A DNA stretch of 64,000 bases, taken from positions 55,004-119,003 of the forward strand of contig JBBDRK010000043.1 of the NCBI GenBank assembly GCA_040905465.1, written 5' to 3'. Origin of the DNA: Trueperaceae bacterium (lineage in GTDB: Bacteria > Deinococcota > Deinococci > Deinococcales > Trueperaceae). Shown piece after piece: positions 27,650-37,277 of this stretch (its first letter is position 1; the number at the start of each line of letters is the position of its first letter). The notes under the pieces were generated by a model. The model saw nothing but the letters and a program-made list of their open reading frames with translations, ran no database searches and was not told the DNA's origin. The position numbers and the translations under genes were made by a program.

Positions 27650-28474
27650 ATGGAACTTCGTTCGCTCGGCCTGCGGACCGAGCTTATTTTCCACCGTTTT
27701 GAAGGTCAGGTGACGGACCGCGGCGCGTATCTGCTGATTCGCACACCGTCGAACCCGAACTATCACTGGGGCAACATGCTGATGTTTCCGGGGCCCCCGG
27801 GGCCCGGAGACTACGAGCGCTGGGAGGAGTTGTTCCGGTCCGAGTTGGGGAATCCGCCGCACCGGGTGTACGGCTGGGACAAGGAGCGCGAGGTTGCCGG
27901 TGGCGGTTGCGGCGGCGAGGCGAGCGGGCCGGCTCCGGTCGGTGCTATCGAGCCGTTTCTTGCCGCCGGTTTCAGGGTAGAGCAAACCGTGGTGCTGACG
28001 GCCACCGAAGTGCATGACCCGCCGAGCATCAACCGCGAGGCCGTGGTGCGGCCCCTGAAGAGCGACGCCGACTGGCAGGCGGCGCTCGAGCTGGGGGTGC
28101 TGTGCCGCGACTTCCGCTACGGCGAGGAAGGCTACCGCACCTATCTGGCTCCCAAGATGAAGACGTACCGTCGGATGCAAGACGCCGGACTGGGCAGTTG
28201 GTTCGGTGCGTTCTGGGGCGAGAAGCTCGTGGCGGACATGGGCGTGTTCGCTGAGGCCGGGATAGCACGTTTTCAGTCGGTCAAGACGCACCCCGACTTC
28301 CGCAGGAGAGGAATTTGCGGCACTTCCGTAGCAGAGGTGGCCAGGTACGCGCTCGGCGAACTCGGAGCGTCGCAGCTCGTGATGCTCGCCGATCCCGGCT
28401 ACCAGGCGGCGCGCATCTACGAGTCGGTCGGGTTCGTTCCCCGCGAGAGGGTGGCGGGAGTCGCGCGGCCGTAG
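27650..28474 (+). CDS. GNAT-family N-acetyltransferase
   Basis: C-terminal VKTHPDFRRRGIC acetyl-CoA motif and ARIYESVGF; N-terminal TPSNPNYHWGN. Confidence 0.82.
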   Translation: MELRSLGLRTELIFHRFEGQVTDRGAYLLIRTPSNPNYHWGNMLMFPGPPGPGDYERWEELFRSELGNPPHRVYGWDKEREVAGGGCGGEASGPAPVGAIEPFLAAGFRVEQTVVLTATEVHDPPSINREAVVRPLKSDADWQAALELGVLCRDFRYGEEGYRTYLAPKMKTYRRMQDAGLGSWFGAFWGEKLVADMGVFAEAGIARFQSVKTHPDFRRRGICGTSVAEVARYALGELGASQLVMLADPGYQAARIYESVGFVPRERVAGVARP

Positions 28475-28489
28475 GAGATACCGAACCGG

Positions 28490-29866
28490 CTACCGCAAGA
28501 CCTCCCATGTTCCGCCTGTCGCTTCCAACAGCTCGGCAACGGCCCTGACGTATGCGATCCAGGCGCGGTGAAGACGGACCCGGGTGCCGCCGACGGCGCT
28601 CTCCGAGCGGGCGAGGTCGCGCTTTGCCCGCGCCAGGTCACGCTCGCCGGCCGAGGCGCTCGCCTCTTCGGAACGGGTTGCGGCCGCCACTTCATCCCTG
28701 TTCAGAGTCCGCTGCGCGAGCAACTGCTCGGCGAGCGCTACCTCCTCTTCGGCCAGGGATAGCGCGGCTTCGGCCAGCTCGGCTTCGGTCACGGCCCGCT
28801 CCACGTCGATTCCGAAACGTTCGGCGAATGCGGTGATGCGCTCACGCGCTTCTTCTAGCGACCGCACCAGGAGCGGCAAGCCTTGCCAACTGTCGTCCAG
28901 GACGATCTCGGCGCTTATCTCCAATTGCCAGCGTTCGGGACCGCCGGGAGCACTCAGGCCGAAGGTCGCTCCCGGCCGGCCGTTCACGATGCCACCCTCT
29001 AAGTCCACCGTGGCGGCTCGTGTACGGTAGGCGGCGCCCAGGCGCAGGTCATCGAGAGGTCCCGCTCGGGTTTCGTCCAGTTCGGCCTCGGCCTCGAGCA
29101 GCTCGAGTTCCAGCATCCGGTAGTCATGGACATTCTCGAGGAGCATGCCGGCGCCGGCGGGATCCGGGAGCGCGAAGCGCAGCGGCTGGTACCGTGCCGG
29201 CCCGGCGAAGCCGAATTCGAATGCTCGTTCGCGTGCCTGCGCCAAATGGTGAAGGGCGCGTCGGTAGTCGAGAGCGGCCTTGCGCTGGTCCAGCCGAGCG
29301 ATCCTCAGCTCGGCATGTCCGGTGGGGGAGGTGGCTGCGGCGCTCGCCGTGGTGGCGGCAAGCGCCGCGTCCGCTTCCGCCAGGTCGCGACGCTCCCGCG
29401 CCTCCTGCTCCTGCGCAAGAAGAAGCTCGGCGTGTGCCAGCAGCGCGTCTCTGACCCCGAGAACGCGCAACCGGTGGAGATCCCGGCGGGCGCGCTGGAG
29501 GGACTGCAGGCTTCTGGCGTGCGTTGCCGGGCGATCCGCGAAGTTCATCCAAGCCGACAGGCCGAAACGGGTCGTGAGTTCTCCGGCATCCGGTTCGCCG
29601 GGATAACCCTGGAAACGGAGCAGCGGGCGCAGCCGGGCCGAGTAGTCGACCTGTCCCCAGGGGGTGAGCTCCTGTGCCAGTCTCTCGACGCGCCGGCGAG
29701 CGGCTTCGGCGTCCGGGTGCTCCCAGGCCAGTGCCCTTTGGGCGAGCTGTTCGGGTTGCGCGGCGCCGGCCAACTGCGTCCACTGCAAAACGAGCAGCGC
29801 CGCCAGAAGGAGCTTCGCCGTCGTCCGGCTTGCCGGGGTTCTACGGGTGCTTTCCAAGCGATTCAT
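28490..29866 (-). CDS. Exported helical protein, possible TolC/outer-membrane efflux-like
   Basis: N-terminal signal-like segment; long amphipathic helices alternating with short beta-type segments (LRLGAAYR, WQLEISAEIVL); no diagnostic motif. Confidence 0.45.
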   Translation of the reverse strand: MNRLESTRRTPASRTTAKLLLAALLVLQWTQLAGAAQPEQLAQRALAWEHPDAEAARRRVERLAQELTPWGQVDYSARLRPLLRFQGYPGEPDAGELTTRFGLSAWMNFADRPATHARSLQSLQRARRDLHRLRVLGVRDALLAHAELLLAQEQEARERRDLAEADAALAATTASAAATSPTGHAELRIARLDQRKAALDYRRALHHLAQARERAFEFGFAGPARYQPLRFALPDPAGAGMLLENVHDYRMLELELLEAEAELDETRAGPLDDLRLGAAYRTRAATVDLEGGIVNGRPGATFGLSAPGGPERWQLEISAEIVLDDSWQGLPLLVRSLEEARERITAFAERFGIDVERAVTEAELAEAALSLAEEEVALAEQLLAQRTLNRDEVAAATRSEEASASAGERDLARAKRDLARSESAVGGTRVRLHRAWIAYVRAVAELLEATGGTWEVLR

Positions 29867-30118
29867 GCGTCCACCCTTTCCGGTCTCGGCCGATATCGGG
29901 ATGGGCAGTCGCCTCGCTAGGTCACGGCGGCCTGCAGCCTGATTCGGCCTCTGACCAGCCAGCGGGAGGAGTGGTGGAATCGGCGAACGTGATGCCTGCT
30001 CTAATTTGTTTCAGAATACTGCCATACTATTTTCATATGCCAGACCGAAGTCCCGGGGTAGACTCCGGTCTGAGCGGGAAGTTCATCGAGAGCTACATCG
30101 TTGACAGATGGAGGGGGC

Positions 30119-30343
30119 ATGCCGGACCAAGGGGTCGACCGAGGGGGCATTCAGGAAGTAGTCAGGGACGTTACTTCATTGGCTGAGGCCAAGGGGCGCG
30201 ACCAGACGTTCGAGTTCGAGTTGTACCTGTTGCAGTGGCAGGCGGAGTTGGCGGCCGATAACGGCAGCGAGGAACTCGAGGGGTTGGTGCTGCGTGAGGC
30301 AGCCGAGTTGCGGCGGCAGATCGAGAAGATGACGACCGCCTGA
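30119..30343 (+). CDS. Hypothetical small acidic helical protein (74 aa)
   Basis: GGAGGGGG SD before ATG; natural amino-acid composition; fills an intergenic gap. Confidence 0.55.
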   Translation: MPDQGVDRGGIQEVVRDVTSLAEAKGRDQTFEFELYLLQWQAELAADNGSEELEGLVLREAAELRRQIEKMTTA

Positions 30344-30449
30344 GAGCCGGCAGAGGAGTCTTCTACCAGTGGAACCGCGCGCGCGGCCTCGAGCGGCGCG
30401 CGCACTTCTGGTGTGCCGGAGCGCCAGCTCGGTTTCGCGTGACGTTATC

Positions 30450-31214
30450 ATGCCCCGCGTGTCCGGTTCTCAGCACCTCCCACCTGACCCGGACGGCAGG
30501 CAGACAGTCGCCGAGTCGGGCGGAGCGAGCGCTAGGACCACCTTCCTGGAGGGGGTTCGTGACATTACGCCGATGGTGCTGGCCGTGACGCCGTTCGGCG
30601 CCGTCGCCGGCCTTGCCGCGGTGGGTTCGGGGCTCGGGTTCCACGAGGCGGTCGCCCTGTCGGCCCTGGTCAATGCCGGCTCGTCGCAACTCGCCGCGTT
30701 ACAGCTCTACGCGCAGGGTGCGCCGCTGCTCGTGATCCTGGCTACCACCCTCGTCGTGAACCTGCGCTTCCTCATGTACAGCATGGCCCTTGCTCCATAC
30801 CTCCACGGCGTGCCGAAGCGCTGGCGTCTGGCTGTCAGCCACGTGTTGGTGGACCAGACGTTCGCCTTCGCCGTCCGCCGCTTCGGTGACAGGCCGGGAG
30901 CCGGGCATCGCGTGGCCTACTTCCTCGGGCTGGGGATACCGCTGTTGCTGGCCTGGAACGGCGGCACCATCATCGGCGCTGCCCTGGGCGCCCAGGTTCC
31001 GGCCGGCTGGTCGCTCGACTTCGCGATTCCACTCACGTTCCTGGCGCTGTTGCTCCCGGCCATCAGGGACAGGCCGGCAGCGGTGGCCGCCGCTGCCGGC
31101 GGCGCGACGGCATTCCTCGGCCTCGGGCTCCCGTATAACCTCGGCCTGATCGTCGCCGCCCTAGTGGGAATAGCTGCCGGATTGCTGGCAGAGCGCAGAT
31201 GGTGGCGAACATGA
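30450..31214 (+). CDS. azlC: AzlC-family branched-chain amino-acid exporter subunit
   Basis: AGSSQLAAL, VNLRFLMYS, LVDQTFA, LDFAIPLTFLALL; exact start uncertain. Confidence 0.9.
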   Translation: MPRVSGSQHLPPDPDGRQTVAESGGASARTTFLEGVRDITPMVLAVTPFGAVAGLAAVGSGLGFHEAVALSALVNAGSSQLAALQLYAQGAPLLVILATTLVVNLRFLMYSMALAPYLHGVPKRWRLAVSHVLVDQTFAFAVRRFGDRPGAGHRVAYFLGLGIPLLLAWNGGTIIGAALGAQVPAGWSLDFAIPLTFLALLLPAIRDRPAAVAAAAGGATAFLGLGLPYNLGLIVAALVGIAAGLLAERRWWRT

Positions 31215-31528
31215 GTCAGTACGCCTGGCTCCTGATAGTCAGCATGGGGCTCGTGACCTTTGCGCTGCGGCTCTCCTTCCTCATGCTCAACGGCCGCCTG
31301 GTATTCCCGCCGCTGGTGCAACGGGCATTGCGCTACGTGCCCTACGCGGTGCTGGCTGCGCTGGTGGTTCCGGCACTATTCGGCGGCCGCGAGGTCGATT
31401 TCGCGGTACAGCCGACTCGGCTGATCGCCGCCCTGGTCGGCGCCGCCATCGCCTGGCGTTCCGGCTCGGTGCTCCTGACGCTTACGCTCGGCATGGTTAC
31501 CCTCTGGCTCGGCAAGTTCCTGGTCTGA
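31211..31528 (+). CDS. azlD: AzlD-family protein
   Basis: MGLVTFALRLSF, ALRYVPYAVLAALVVP; ATGA overlap with azlC. Confidence 0.9.
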   Translation: MSQYAWLLIVSMGLVTFALRLSFLMLNGRLVFPPLVQRALRYVPYAVLAALVVPALFGGREVDFAVQPTRLIAALVGAAIAWRSGSVLLTLTLGMVTLWLGKFLV

Positions 31529-31596
31529 CTCCACGGTGGCCCGGGACCACGTCGGTTCCCGCGCCGCCGCCTACCGTGAGGCGGGAAGAGGTAACC

Positions 31597-31824
31597 ATGG
31601 CCGAGCACCGATCCGACGACTTGCCGGGCAACGACGACTCGCGTCCGACCGACACTTCAGAGAAGTACTCCCTGAGCCGATTGGCGCAGATGTTGGATGC
31701 GCCTCTCGAGAAGGTGCGCGCGTGGTTGACCGATGAGGGCATCCACCCTGTGCACCCCGACTACCCGGAGGATTACGGGGTAGATGCGATCGAGTTCGTG
31801 CGACTGAAGGGCCACCAGTTCTGA
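31597..31824 (+). CDS. Small protein with a MerR/excisionase-like HTH pattern
   Basis: YSLSRLAQMLDAPLEKVRAWLTDEGI..P...Y..DAIEFVR; GAGG SD. Confidence 0.5.
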   Translation: MAEHRSDDLPGNDDSRPTDTSEKYSLSRLAQMLDAPLEKVRAWLTDEGIHPVHPDYPEDYGVDAIEFVRLKGHQF

Positions 31825-31849
31825 CCATCTGTACTCTCGACGAGCGATC

Positions 31850-32668
31850 CTAATCCGCGTCCCAGGCTGGTGCGTCTTTCGGCGCCACCAGTCGCTCACT
31901 GCGGGCCAGCGTGCCTATCCTGCTCATCTCCTCCTCGCTCAACGCGAAGTCGAATACCTCGAAATTGCTGTGCCGGTGCTCGCCTGTCGACGCCTTGGGA
32001 ATGGCAGCCACCCGCTCCTGCTGTATCAGCCACCGTAGCGTGACCTGAACCGGGGTCTTGCCGTGCTCCCGGCTGATTGCCTTGAGTGTCTGGTCTTTCG
32101 ACACGGCGCCCCTGGCGATAGGGCTGTAGGCGGTAAGAAGATAGTCCAGCTCGTGGGCGAGTTCGATCAGCGTCTTCTGCGAGAGAAAGGGGTGGTACTC
32201 GACCTGATTGGCGAAGATCCGGGCGTGGCGGCTGGCCTCGCGGACCAGTGCCGAGGGGAAGTTGCTGACACCCAGGTTGCGGGCCGCTCCCTCCTCCTGG
32301 AGTTCGCGCAAGGCCGCCAGGGTCTCTTCGAGCGGCACGTCGTCGTTGGGCCAGTGGAGCAACAGGAGGTCGACGTAATCGGTTCGCAGCTTGCGCAGGC
32401 TGTCGCGGGTGCTGGCGAGGGCCGCGTCGTGCCGAAAGTTGCCGGGGTGCACCTTGGTGACCAGGAAGACCTGGTCGCGCGGCACGGTCGAGTTGGCGAG
32501 GGCCGCGCCTACATGCTCCTCGTTGTCGTAGGACTGTGCGGTGTCGATGTGACGGTAGCCGATCGCGAGGGCGTCGGCTACGCTGTTGCGGCACTCGTCG
32601 CCGCTCATCCTGAACGTGCCGAATCCCAGTGCCGGTACCCGCGTCCCGTGAATGACGTGATCGATCAT
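31850..32668 (-). CDS. Aldo/keto reductase (2,5-DKG reductase-like)
   Basis: LGFGTF, GYRHIDTAQSY, VTKV, LLLHWP, GVSNF, AYSP, IPKAS. Confidence 0.94.
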   Translation of the reverse strand: MIDHVIHGTRVPALGFGTFRMSGDECRNSVADALAIGYRHIDTAQSYDNEEHVGAALANSTVPRDQVFLVTKVHPGNFRHDAALASTRDSLRKLRTDYVDLLLLHWPNDDVPLEETLAALRELQEEGAARNLGVSNFPSALVREASRHARIFANQVEYHPFLSQKTLIELAHELDYLLTAYSPIARGAVSKDQTLKAISREHGKTPVQVTLRWLIQQERVAAIPKASTGEHRHSNFEVFDFALSEEEMSRIGTLARSERLVAPKDAPAWDAD

Positions 32669-32796
32669 GTTGGCCTCCTGGGGACGAAGTTACCGCACCG
32701 AACAGGCCGCGGTGGAACACCACGGCCTGTGTCGCGCACTGTATCTCGGCCACTGCCGCTATCGGACCGGCGCAACCGGTCCGATAGCGGCTCCCG

Positions 32797-33516
32797 TCAG
32801 GCGTGAGCCATCTGGTCGCGCACCGCCGACGGCAACTGCTGCTCGAGCCACTCCGACATCGCCTCTTCCTCGCGCAGGATCTGCCGGCAGACACGCGCCG
32901 TCTCGCTATCGCCGATCTCGTCGGCGGCGGTGATTATCCCTTGGTAGGAGGCGATCTCCAACCGTTCGGCCGCGGAGTCCGCCAGGATGTTCTTCACGAG
33001 CTCATCCTTGGCGGGCGTGGTTGCGACCCCTTGGACCGTGCCCATGACCGTGCTCATGCCGCTCTTGAGCATGGAGACCCGTCCGCCCAGGCGTTCGATA
33101 CACTCCCGAACCAGCTCGGCGTGGTGACGGGTCTCTTCCAGGTGGCGCTCGAGCCGCGCCTGCATTACCGGGTGTTCCTTCGCGTTGTGGGCGTGATGCC
33201 TGAGGCTCTGCGCTACCGCTTTCTCCATGGCATGGGCGTCGGTGAGCCACGCGAGCAGCGTGCGCTTCTTCGCGTCCTTGGTGCCGCCGCGGTAGGCCAT
33301 GCCGGCCTCGCCACCGGCCCAGCCGTACTGGTCGTCAGTTCCGGCGCGAGAACGGCGGCGCGCCAAGAACATCCCTACCGCCAGCGCGATCCCGGTGCCC
33401 ATAAGCACGGTTCGCAGCGGACGACGGCGAACCATGCCGGTCAGATTCGAGCCCGTGCCGGCCTCCCGGTTCCTCTCCCGGTGTTCGATCATCGGTTCGG
33501 TTGCGTGGTAATCCAT
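32797..33516 (-). CDS. DUF892/YciE-YciF ferritin-like protein with an N-terminal membrane anchor
   Basis: WLTDAHAMEK, HLEETRHH, CIERLG, ERLEIASY, ILREEEAM; N-terminal TM segment; GGGAGGGG SD before ATG 33516. Confidence 0.85.
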   Translation of the reverse strand: MDYHATEPMIEHRERNREAGTGSNLTGMVRRRPLRTVLMGTGIALAVGMFLARRRSRAGTDDQYGWAGGEAGMAYRGGTKDAKKRTLLAWLTDAHAMEKAVAQSLRHHAHNAKEHPVMQARLERHLEETRHHAELVRECIERLGGRVSMLKSGMSTVMGTVQGVATTPAKDELVKNILADSAAERLEIASYQGIITAADEIGDSETARVCRQILREEEAMSEWLEQQLPSAVRDQMAHA

Positions 33517-33761
33517 CGGAGTAGCCCCTCCCGTGTTCTGAATCGGTGTCGACTCGGCGCTATTCTCGAGCATTAGTCCGCCGGCAACTGCCCGTCCGCG
33601 CGCCGAGTACATAGCGGTCCGCGGTGCAGTCGTCTCGGCTCGCCCCCGAGTCTAGCGGTAGCGGCCTCGGGGCTCTTGGATGTAGGCCACGAAGGATCGA
33701 CAGTATGCCGGAACTCGCCGGCCACGTGCCTCCGCAGTTACAGTCGACTATTGGAGGCCTT

Positions 33762-34148
33762 ATGCCGAAAGTAACCGTCGACGGCAAGAGCATCGAGAGC
33801 ACGCCGGACCGCAGATTGGTCCTGGCGGTCGAGGAGCTGGGAATCGATATCGGCCACCGTTGCGGTGGCAAGGCGCGGTGCACCACCTGCCGGGTCGAAG
33901 TCGTCACCGGCGAACCTGACAGCATGACCAAGGCGGAGTACGCCAAGCTCGAGGAGAAAGGGTTGCTGGGCCAGGTCCGCCTGTCCTGCCAGATCCTCAC
34001 CTCCCATGACATGGAGGTTCGCCCGCTGATGACACTGCAGAGCGAAGGCTGGCCAGACACCGGACCCACCCCGGACGAGGTGGTGGAGCCGGACCCGGAA
34101 TGGCACCCGATGTCGGAGCTGGAGGCGGCCGCGCATGACCAACACTAG
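33762..34148 (+). CDS. 2Fe-2S ferredoxin
   Basis: CGGKARCTTC and RLSCQ (C-x5-C-x2-C...C); GGAGG SD. Confidence 0.9.
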   Translation: MPKVTVDGKSIESTPDRRLVLAVEELGIDIGHRCGGKARCTTCRVEVVTGEPDSMTKAEYAKLEEKGLLGQVRLSCQILTSHDMEVRPLMTLQSEGWPDTGPTPDEVVEPDPEWHPMSELEAAAHDQH

Positions 34149-34236
34149 GAGCGATTTCTAGGAACAAACTCGGGTTGAACGAACTCACGGCGACGCGGCC
34201 AGGCTGACGGCTTTACGACCGTCAACCCAGGTCGCG

Positions 34237-34785
34237 CTACCCGCCATGACCGCCTTCGAGGAGCTCGTCTCGGGTGTTGTCCATCGCTATCGGGCCGTGG
34301 CCATCGAGGATTCGGCCTGCGTCGGCAACCCGGTCGTCCGGCACGTACAGGAACAGCAGGGTTTCGCCGCGGCGCAAGGCGTGGCTGTATTCGTTGGAGT
34401 CGAGAGGCGGAATGCCACTTCGAGCCAGTGCACCGGCAACTCCGCCGGTCGCCCCACCGAGGCCCGCCCCGGCCAGAGCGGAAGCCAACGGACCGACCGC
34501 CAGGGCGGGGCCGATCCCGGGGATCACCAACAGGCCCAGTCCCATCAACAACCCGGTAGCGCCACCGAGAGCGGCGCCGGCTGTCACCCCGAGCGCCGCC
34601 CCGGAGGACATCTTCTCGGGATCGTCCGCCAGCGGCATCTCGTCCATGGTGTCGAATCCCAGGGACTGAGACGAGTGCGGCGCGATGAGGCTTATCGCGG
34701 CGCGATCGAACCCCGCGGCAACCAGGGCTTCGGTAGCGTCGCTCGCGTCTTCGAGCCTTTCGAATAGCCGAGAGACCGATTTCAT
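34237..34785 (-). CDS. General stress protein (YflT/17M-like, glycine-zipper)
   Basis: LVAAGFDRAAISLIA; GAALGGATGLLMGLGLLVIPGIGPALAVGP; GIP...YSHALRRG. Confidence 0.8.
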   Translation of the reverse strand: MKSVSRLFERLEDASDATEALVAAGFDRAAISLIAPHSSQSLGFDTMDEMPLADDPEKMSSGAALGVTAGAALGGATGLLMGLGLLVIPGIGPALAVGPLASALAGAGLGGATGGVAGALARSGIPPLDSNEYSHALRRGETLLFLYVPDDRVADAGRILDGHGPIAMDNTRDELLEGGHGG

Positions 34786-34984
34786 TACCCCTCCTTCCGG
34801 GGCATTGCCTTACCCGTCCATGCCCGCTCGCTGGCGTCTTCAGCACCCGAACCGACAGGGCGTGGCATCTACCCTAGCGGCTCGAGGTGCCGGCGACAAT
34901 GGCGGCTCGCACGCAAACCGGCGGGCGTGAAATCGGCTGTGGTGGGGGAAGCTTCGCGCGGAACGGCGCCCGTGAAGTGCGAAG

Positions 34985-36568
34985 ATGGTTCGCGTGGACC
35001 CTGCGGCTTCCGAACCGACGGTAGAAGTGGCCGGTAGCGCGCCCAGGCGCTCGAGCGCACGCGGGGCGCTCACCCTGATGGTCGGCACGCTCGCCAGCCG
35101 GGTCACCGGCCTGCTGCGTAGTTCGATCCTCACCCAGTTCTTTCCCGCGGGCGTCTCCGACGCCTTCCTTACCGCTTTCAAGGTTCCCAACCTGTTTCGT
35201 GAGTTGTTGGCCGAGGGCGCCCTGACCAACTCGTTCGTGCCCGTTTATCGCCGGGTCGCAGGCGACGAGCGGCGGCGGCTGACCGGCGCGCTGCTCGGCC
35301 TGCTGGCGCTCGTCAACGGCCTGCTGATGCTGATCGCCTACCTGGCGGCGCCGCTGCTGGCGCGGCTGCTGATCGATGTCGATGCCGGAAACGTCGACGT
35401 GGAGCTGACGACCAGGCTGATCCGGATCGTGTTCCCGTTCCTTCCGGCGATCTCGTTCTCGGCGCTGGCCATGGGGATACTAAACGCAGAAGAAAGGTTC
35501 CTGGCCCCGGCGTGGGCGCCGGTGATGCTCAACGTTGTGACGGTGACGCTGATGGCGCTCTTCCCCGGCCAGGCAGTCATCCTCACGCTGGCGCATGTGC
35601 TCGGCGGTACCGCCCAGCTCCTGGTGCAACTGCCGGCACTGGCTCGCAACGGCCTGCTGCCCAGCGCGCGATCGCTGTGGCATCCGGCGCTCGGCGGGGT
35701 GCTGCTGCTGATGGCGCCGTTCGCGTTCACGACCAGCGGCCGGCAGCTTCTCAACGTGCTCGCGTCGAACCTCGTCACGGGGCTCTTCGAAGGAGCCCAG
35801 AACGCATTCACCAACGCCGACCTGTTCCTGAGCCTGATGCTCGGGCTCTTCTCGATCTCGCCGGCCCTGGCTTACTACTCGCGGCTCTCGGCCCACGCGG
35901 TCGACCAGCCCGAGTCGTTCGGACCGACCCTGACGGAGGGCCTTCGGCTCATCGCCTTCCTGACCGTTCCGGCCGGGCTGGCGCTGGCGGTGCTGGCCGA
36001 GCCGGCCGTGCAGGTGGCGTTCAACTGGCGGACGTTGTTCGGACCTCCGCTCGACGACGCGCGGCTCCTGGGGTCGATCGCCGCTACCGCCCCTCTCGGC
36101 CTGGCGGTGTTCCCGATCGGCATGTTCAACCTGCTCGTCCGCACATTCTATGTCCGGCGCCAGGTAGTCACACCCGTCCTCGTGGTGTTGGGAACGCTGG
36201 TCGTACAGGGCACGCTCTACCTGTTGCTGGTGGAGCCGTACGGCATCGCCGGACTCTCCTGGGGAGCGGTGGCGGCAGCGTGGGCGCAGTTGCTGGTCAC
36301 GCTGACGTTGGTTGCGCGTCGGGAAGGCCTGGCGCTCCCCGAACTGCTGCGCGGACTCGCGCTGGTGTGGCTGGCGGCGCTGGCCGCGGCCGCCGGAACC
36401 GTGGGCATGCTGCTGCTGCTGGGCGTCTCCGGCGGCTGGTCGGCGGAGCTTCTGGAGTTCACGGTGGGCGCGATCGCGTTCGGCGCCATCTACGCCGTGG
36501 CCGGTTGGCTCCTGGGCGTCAGCGAGCTGCGCACTCTGGTGGCGCGGCTGACGTCGCGGGGAAGGTAG
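34985..36568 (+). CDS. murJ: Lipid II flippase MurJ (MviN)
   Basis: GTLASRVTGLLR, DAFLTAFKVPNLFRELLAEGALTNSFVPVY, GILNA, QLP. Confidence 0.92.
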   Translation: MVRVDPAASEPTVEVAGSAPRRSSARGALTLMVGTLASRVTGLLRSSILTQFFPAGVSDAFLTAFKVPNLFRELLAEGALTNSFVPVYRRVAGDERRRLTGALLGLLALVNGLLMLIAYLAAPLLARLLIDVDAGNVDVELTTRLIRIVFPFLPAISFSALAMGILNAEERFLAPAWAPVMLNVVTVTLMALFPGQAVILTLAHVLGGTAQLLVQLPALARNGLLPSARSLWHPALGGVLLLMAPFAFTTSGRQLLNVLASNLVTGLFEGAQNAFTNADLFLSLMLGLFSISPALAYYSRLSAHAVDQPESFGPTLTEGLRLIAFLTVPAGLALAVLAEPAVQVAFNWRTLFGPPLDDARLLGSIAATAPLGLAVFPIGMFNLLVRTFYVRRQVVTPVLVVLGTLVVQGTLYLLLVEPYGIAGLSWGAVAAAWAQLLVTLTLVARREGLALPELLRGLALVWLAALAAAAGTVGMLLLLGVSGGWSAELLEFTVGAIAFGAIYAVAGWLLGVSELRTLVARLTSRGR

Positions 36569-36587
36569 AGGCGGCCAGACGGTTCCG

Positions 36588-37277
36588 TCAGCCGAACGAG
36601 GGCGTGCCGTGAATCCGCTCGGCCAGTTCATACGACACCGCAACCGCATGCCCCTCCCGCTCGAGCGTCAGGGGACCGGCCAGAGGGGCGATGTCGGTTA
36701 TCACGATCTCGCTGCCCGGCACCAGGCCGTGGCCGTCGAGGTACCGCAGAACGTCGGTTCGCTGATCGGTAATCCGCGTGATCCGCAACCGCGCGCCGAG
36801 CTCCCAGGCGACCAGGGGCTGGCCGGAGTCTTCCGGCAGACGGCCGTCGCGAGCGGGTATCGGGTCGCCGTGCGGATCGTGGGTGGGATGGCCGAGCGCC
36901 GTGGCGATCCGGTCCTCGAAGTCTTCGCTGATGTGGTGTTCCAGCTTTTCGGCTTCGTCGTGCACTTCGTGCCACTCGTAGCCGAGCGCTTCCGCCAGAT
37001 AGGTTTCCAGCAGGCGATGATGGCGAATGGTCTCCAGCGCCATCTTGCGTCCGGCCGAAGTCAGCGATGCGCCTTGGTACGGCTCGTATTCGATCAGGTG
37101 GAGCTCGAAGAGCTTTCTGAGCATCCCGGTTACCGAGGCCGGGCTCACGCCGAGCGTAGCCGCCAGCGCCTGCGTCTTGACCGCCTGCTCGCCGAGCTCG
37201 AATAGCGCCTTCAGGTAGTCTTCAACGGCGCTGGTCACCACGCGCGTCGGCCGTGCGCCGCCAGGCTGGTCGCTCAT
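36588..37277 (-). CDS. mntR: DtxR/MntR-family metal-dependent regulator with a C-terminal FeoA domain
   Basis: AVEDYLKAL, VSPASVTGMLRKL, RHHRLLETYL, VHDEAEKLEHHIS, HDPHGDPIP; the upstream 119 codons of the track ORF look spurious. Confidence 0.9.
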   Translation of the reverse strand: MSDQPGGARPTRVVTSAVEDYLKALFELGEQAVKTQALAATLGVSPASVTGMLRKLFELHLIEYEPYQGASLTSAGRKMALETIRHHRLLETYLAEALGYEWHEVHDEAEKLEHHISEDFEDRIATALGHPTHDPHGDPIPARDGRLPEDSGQPLVAWELGARLRITRITDQRTDVLRYLDGHGLVPGSEIVITDIAPLAGPLTLEREGHAVAVSYELAERIHGTPSFG

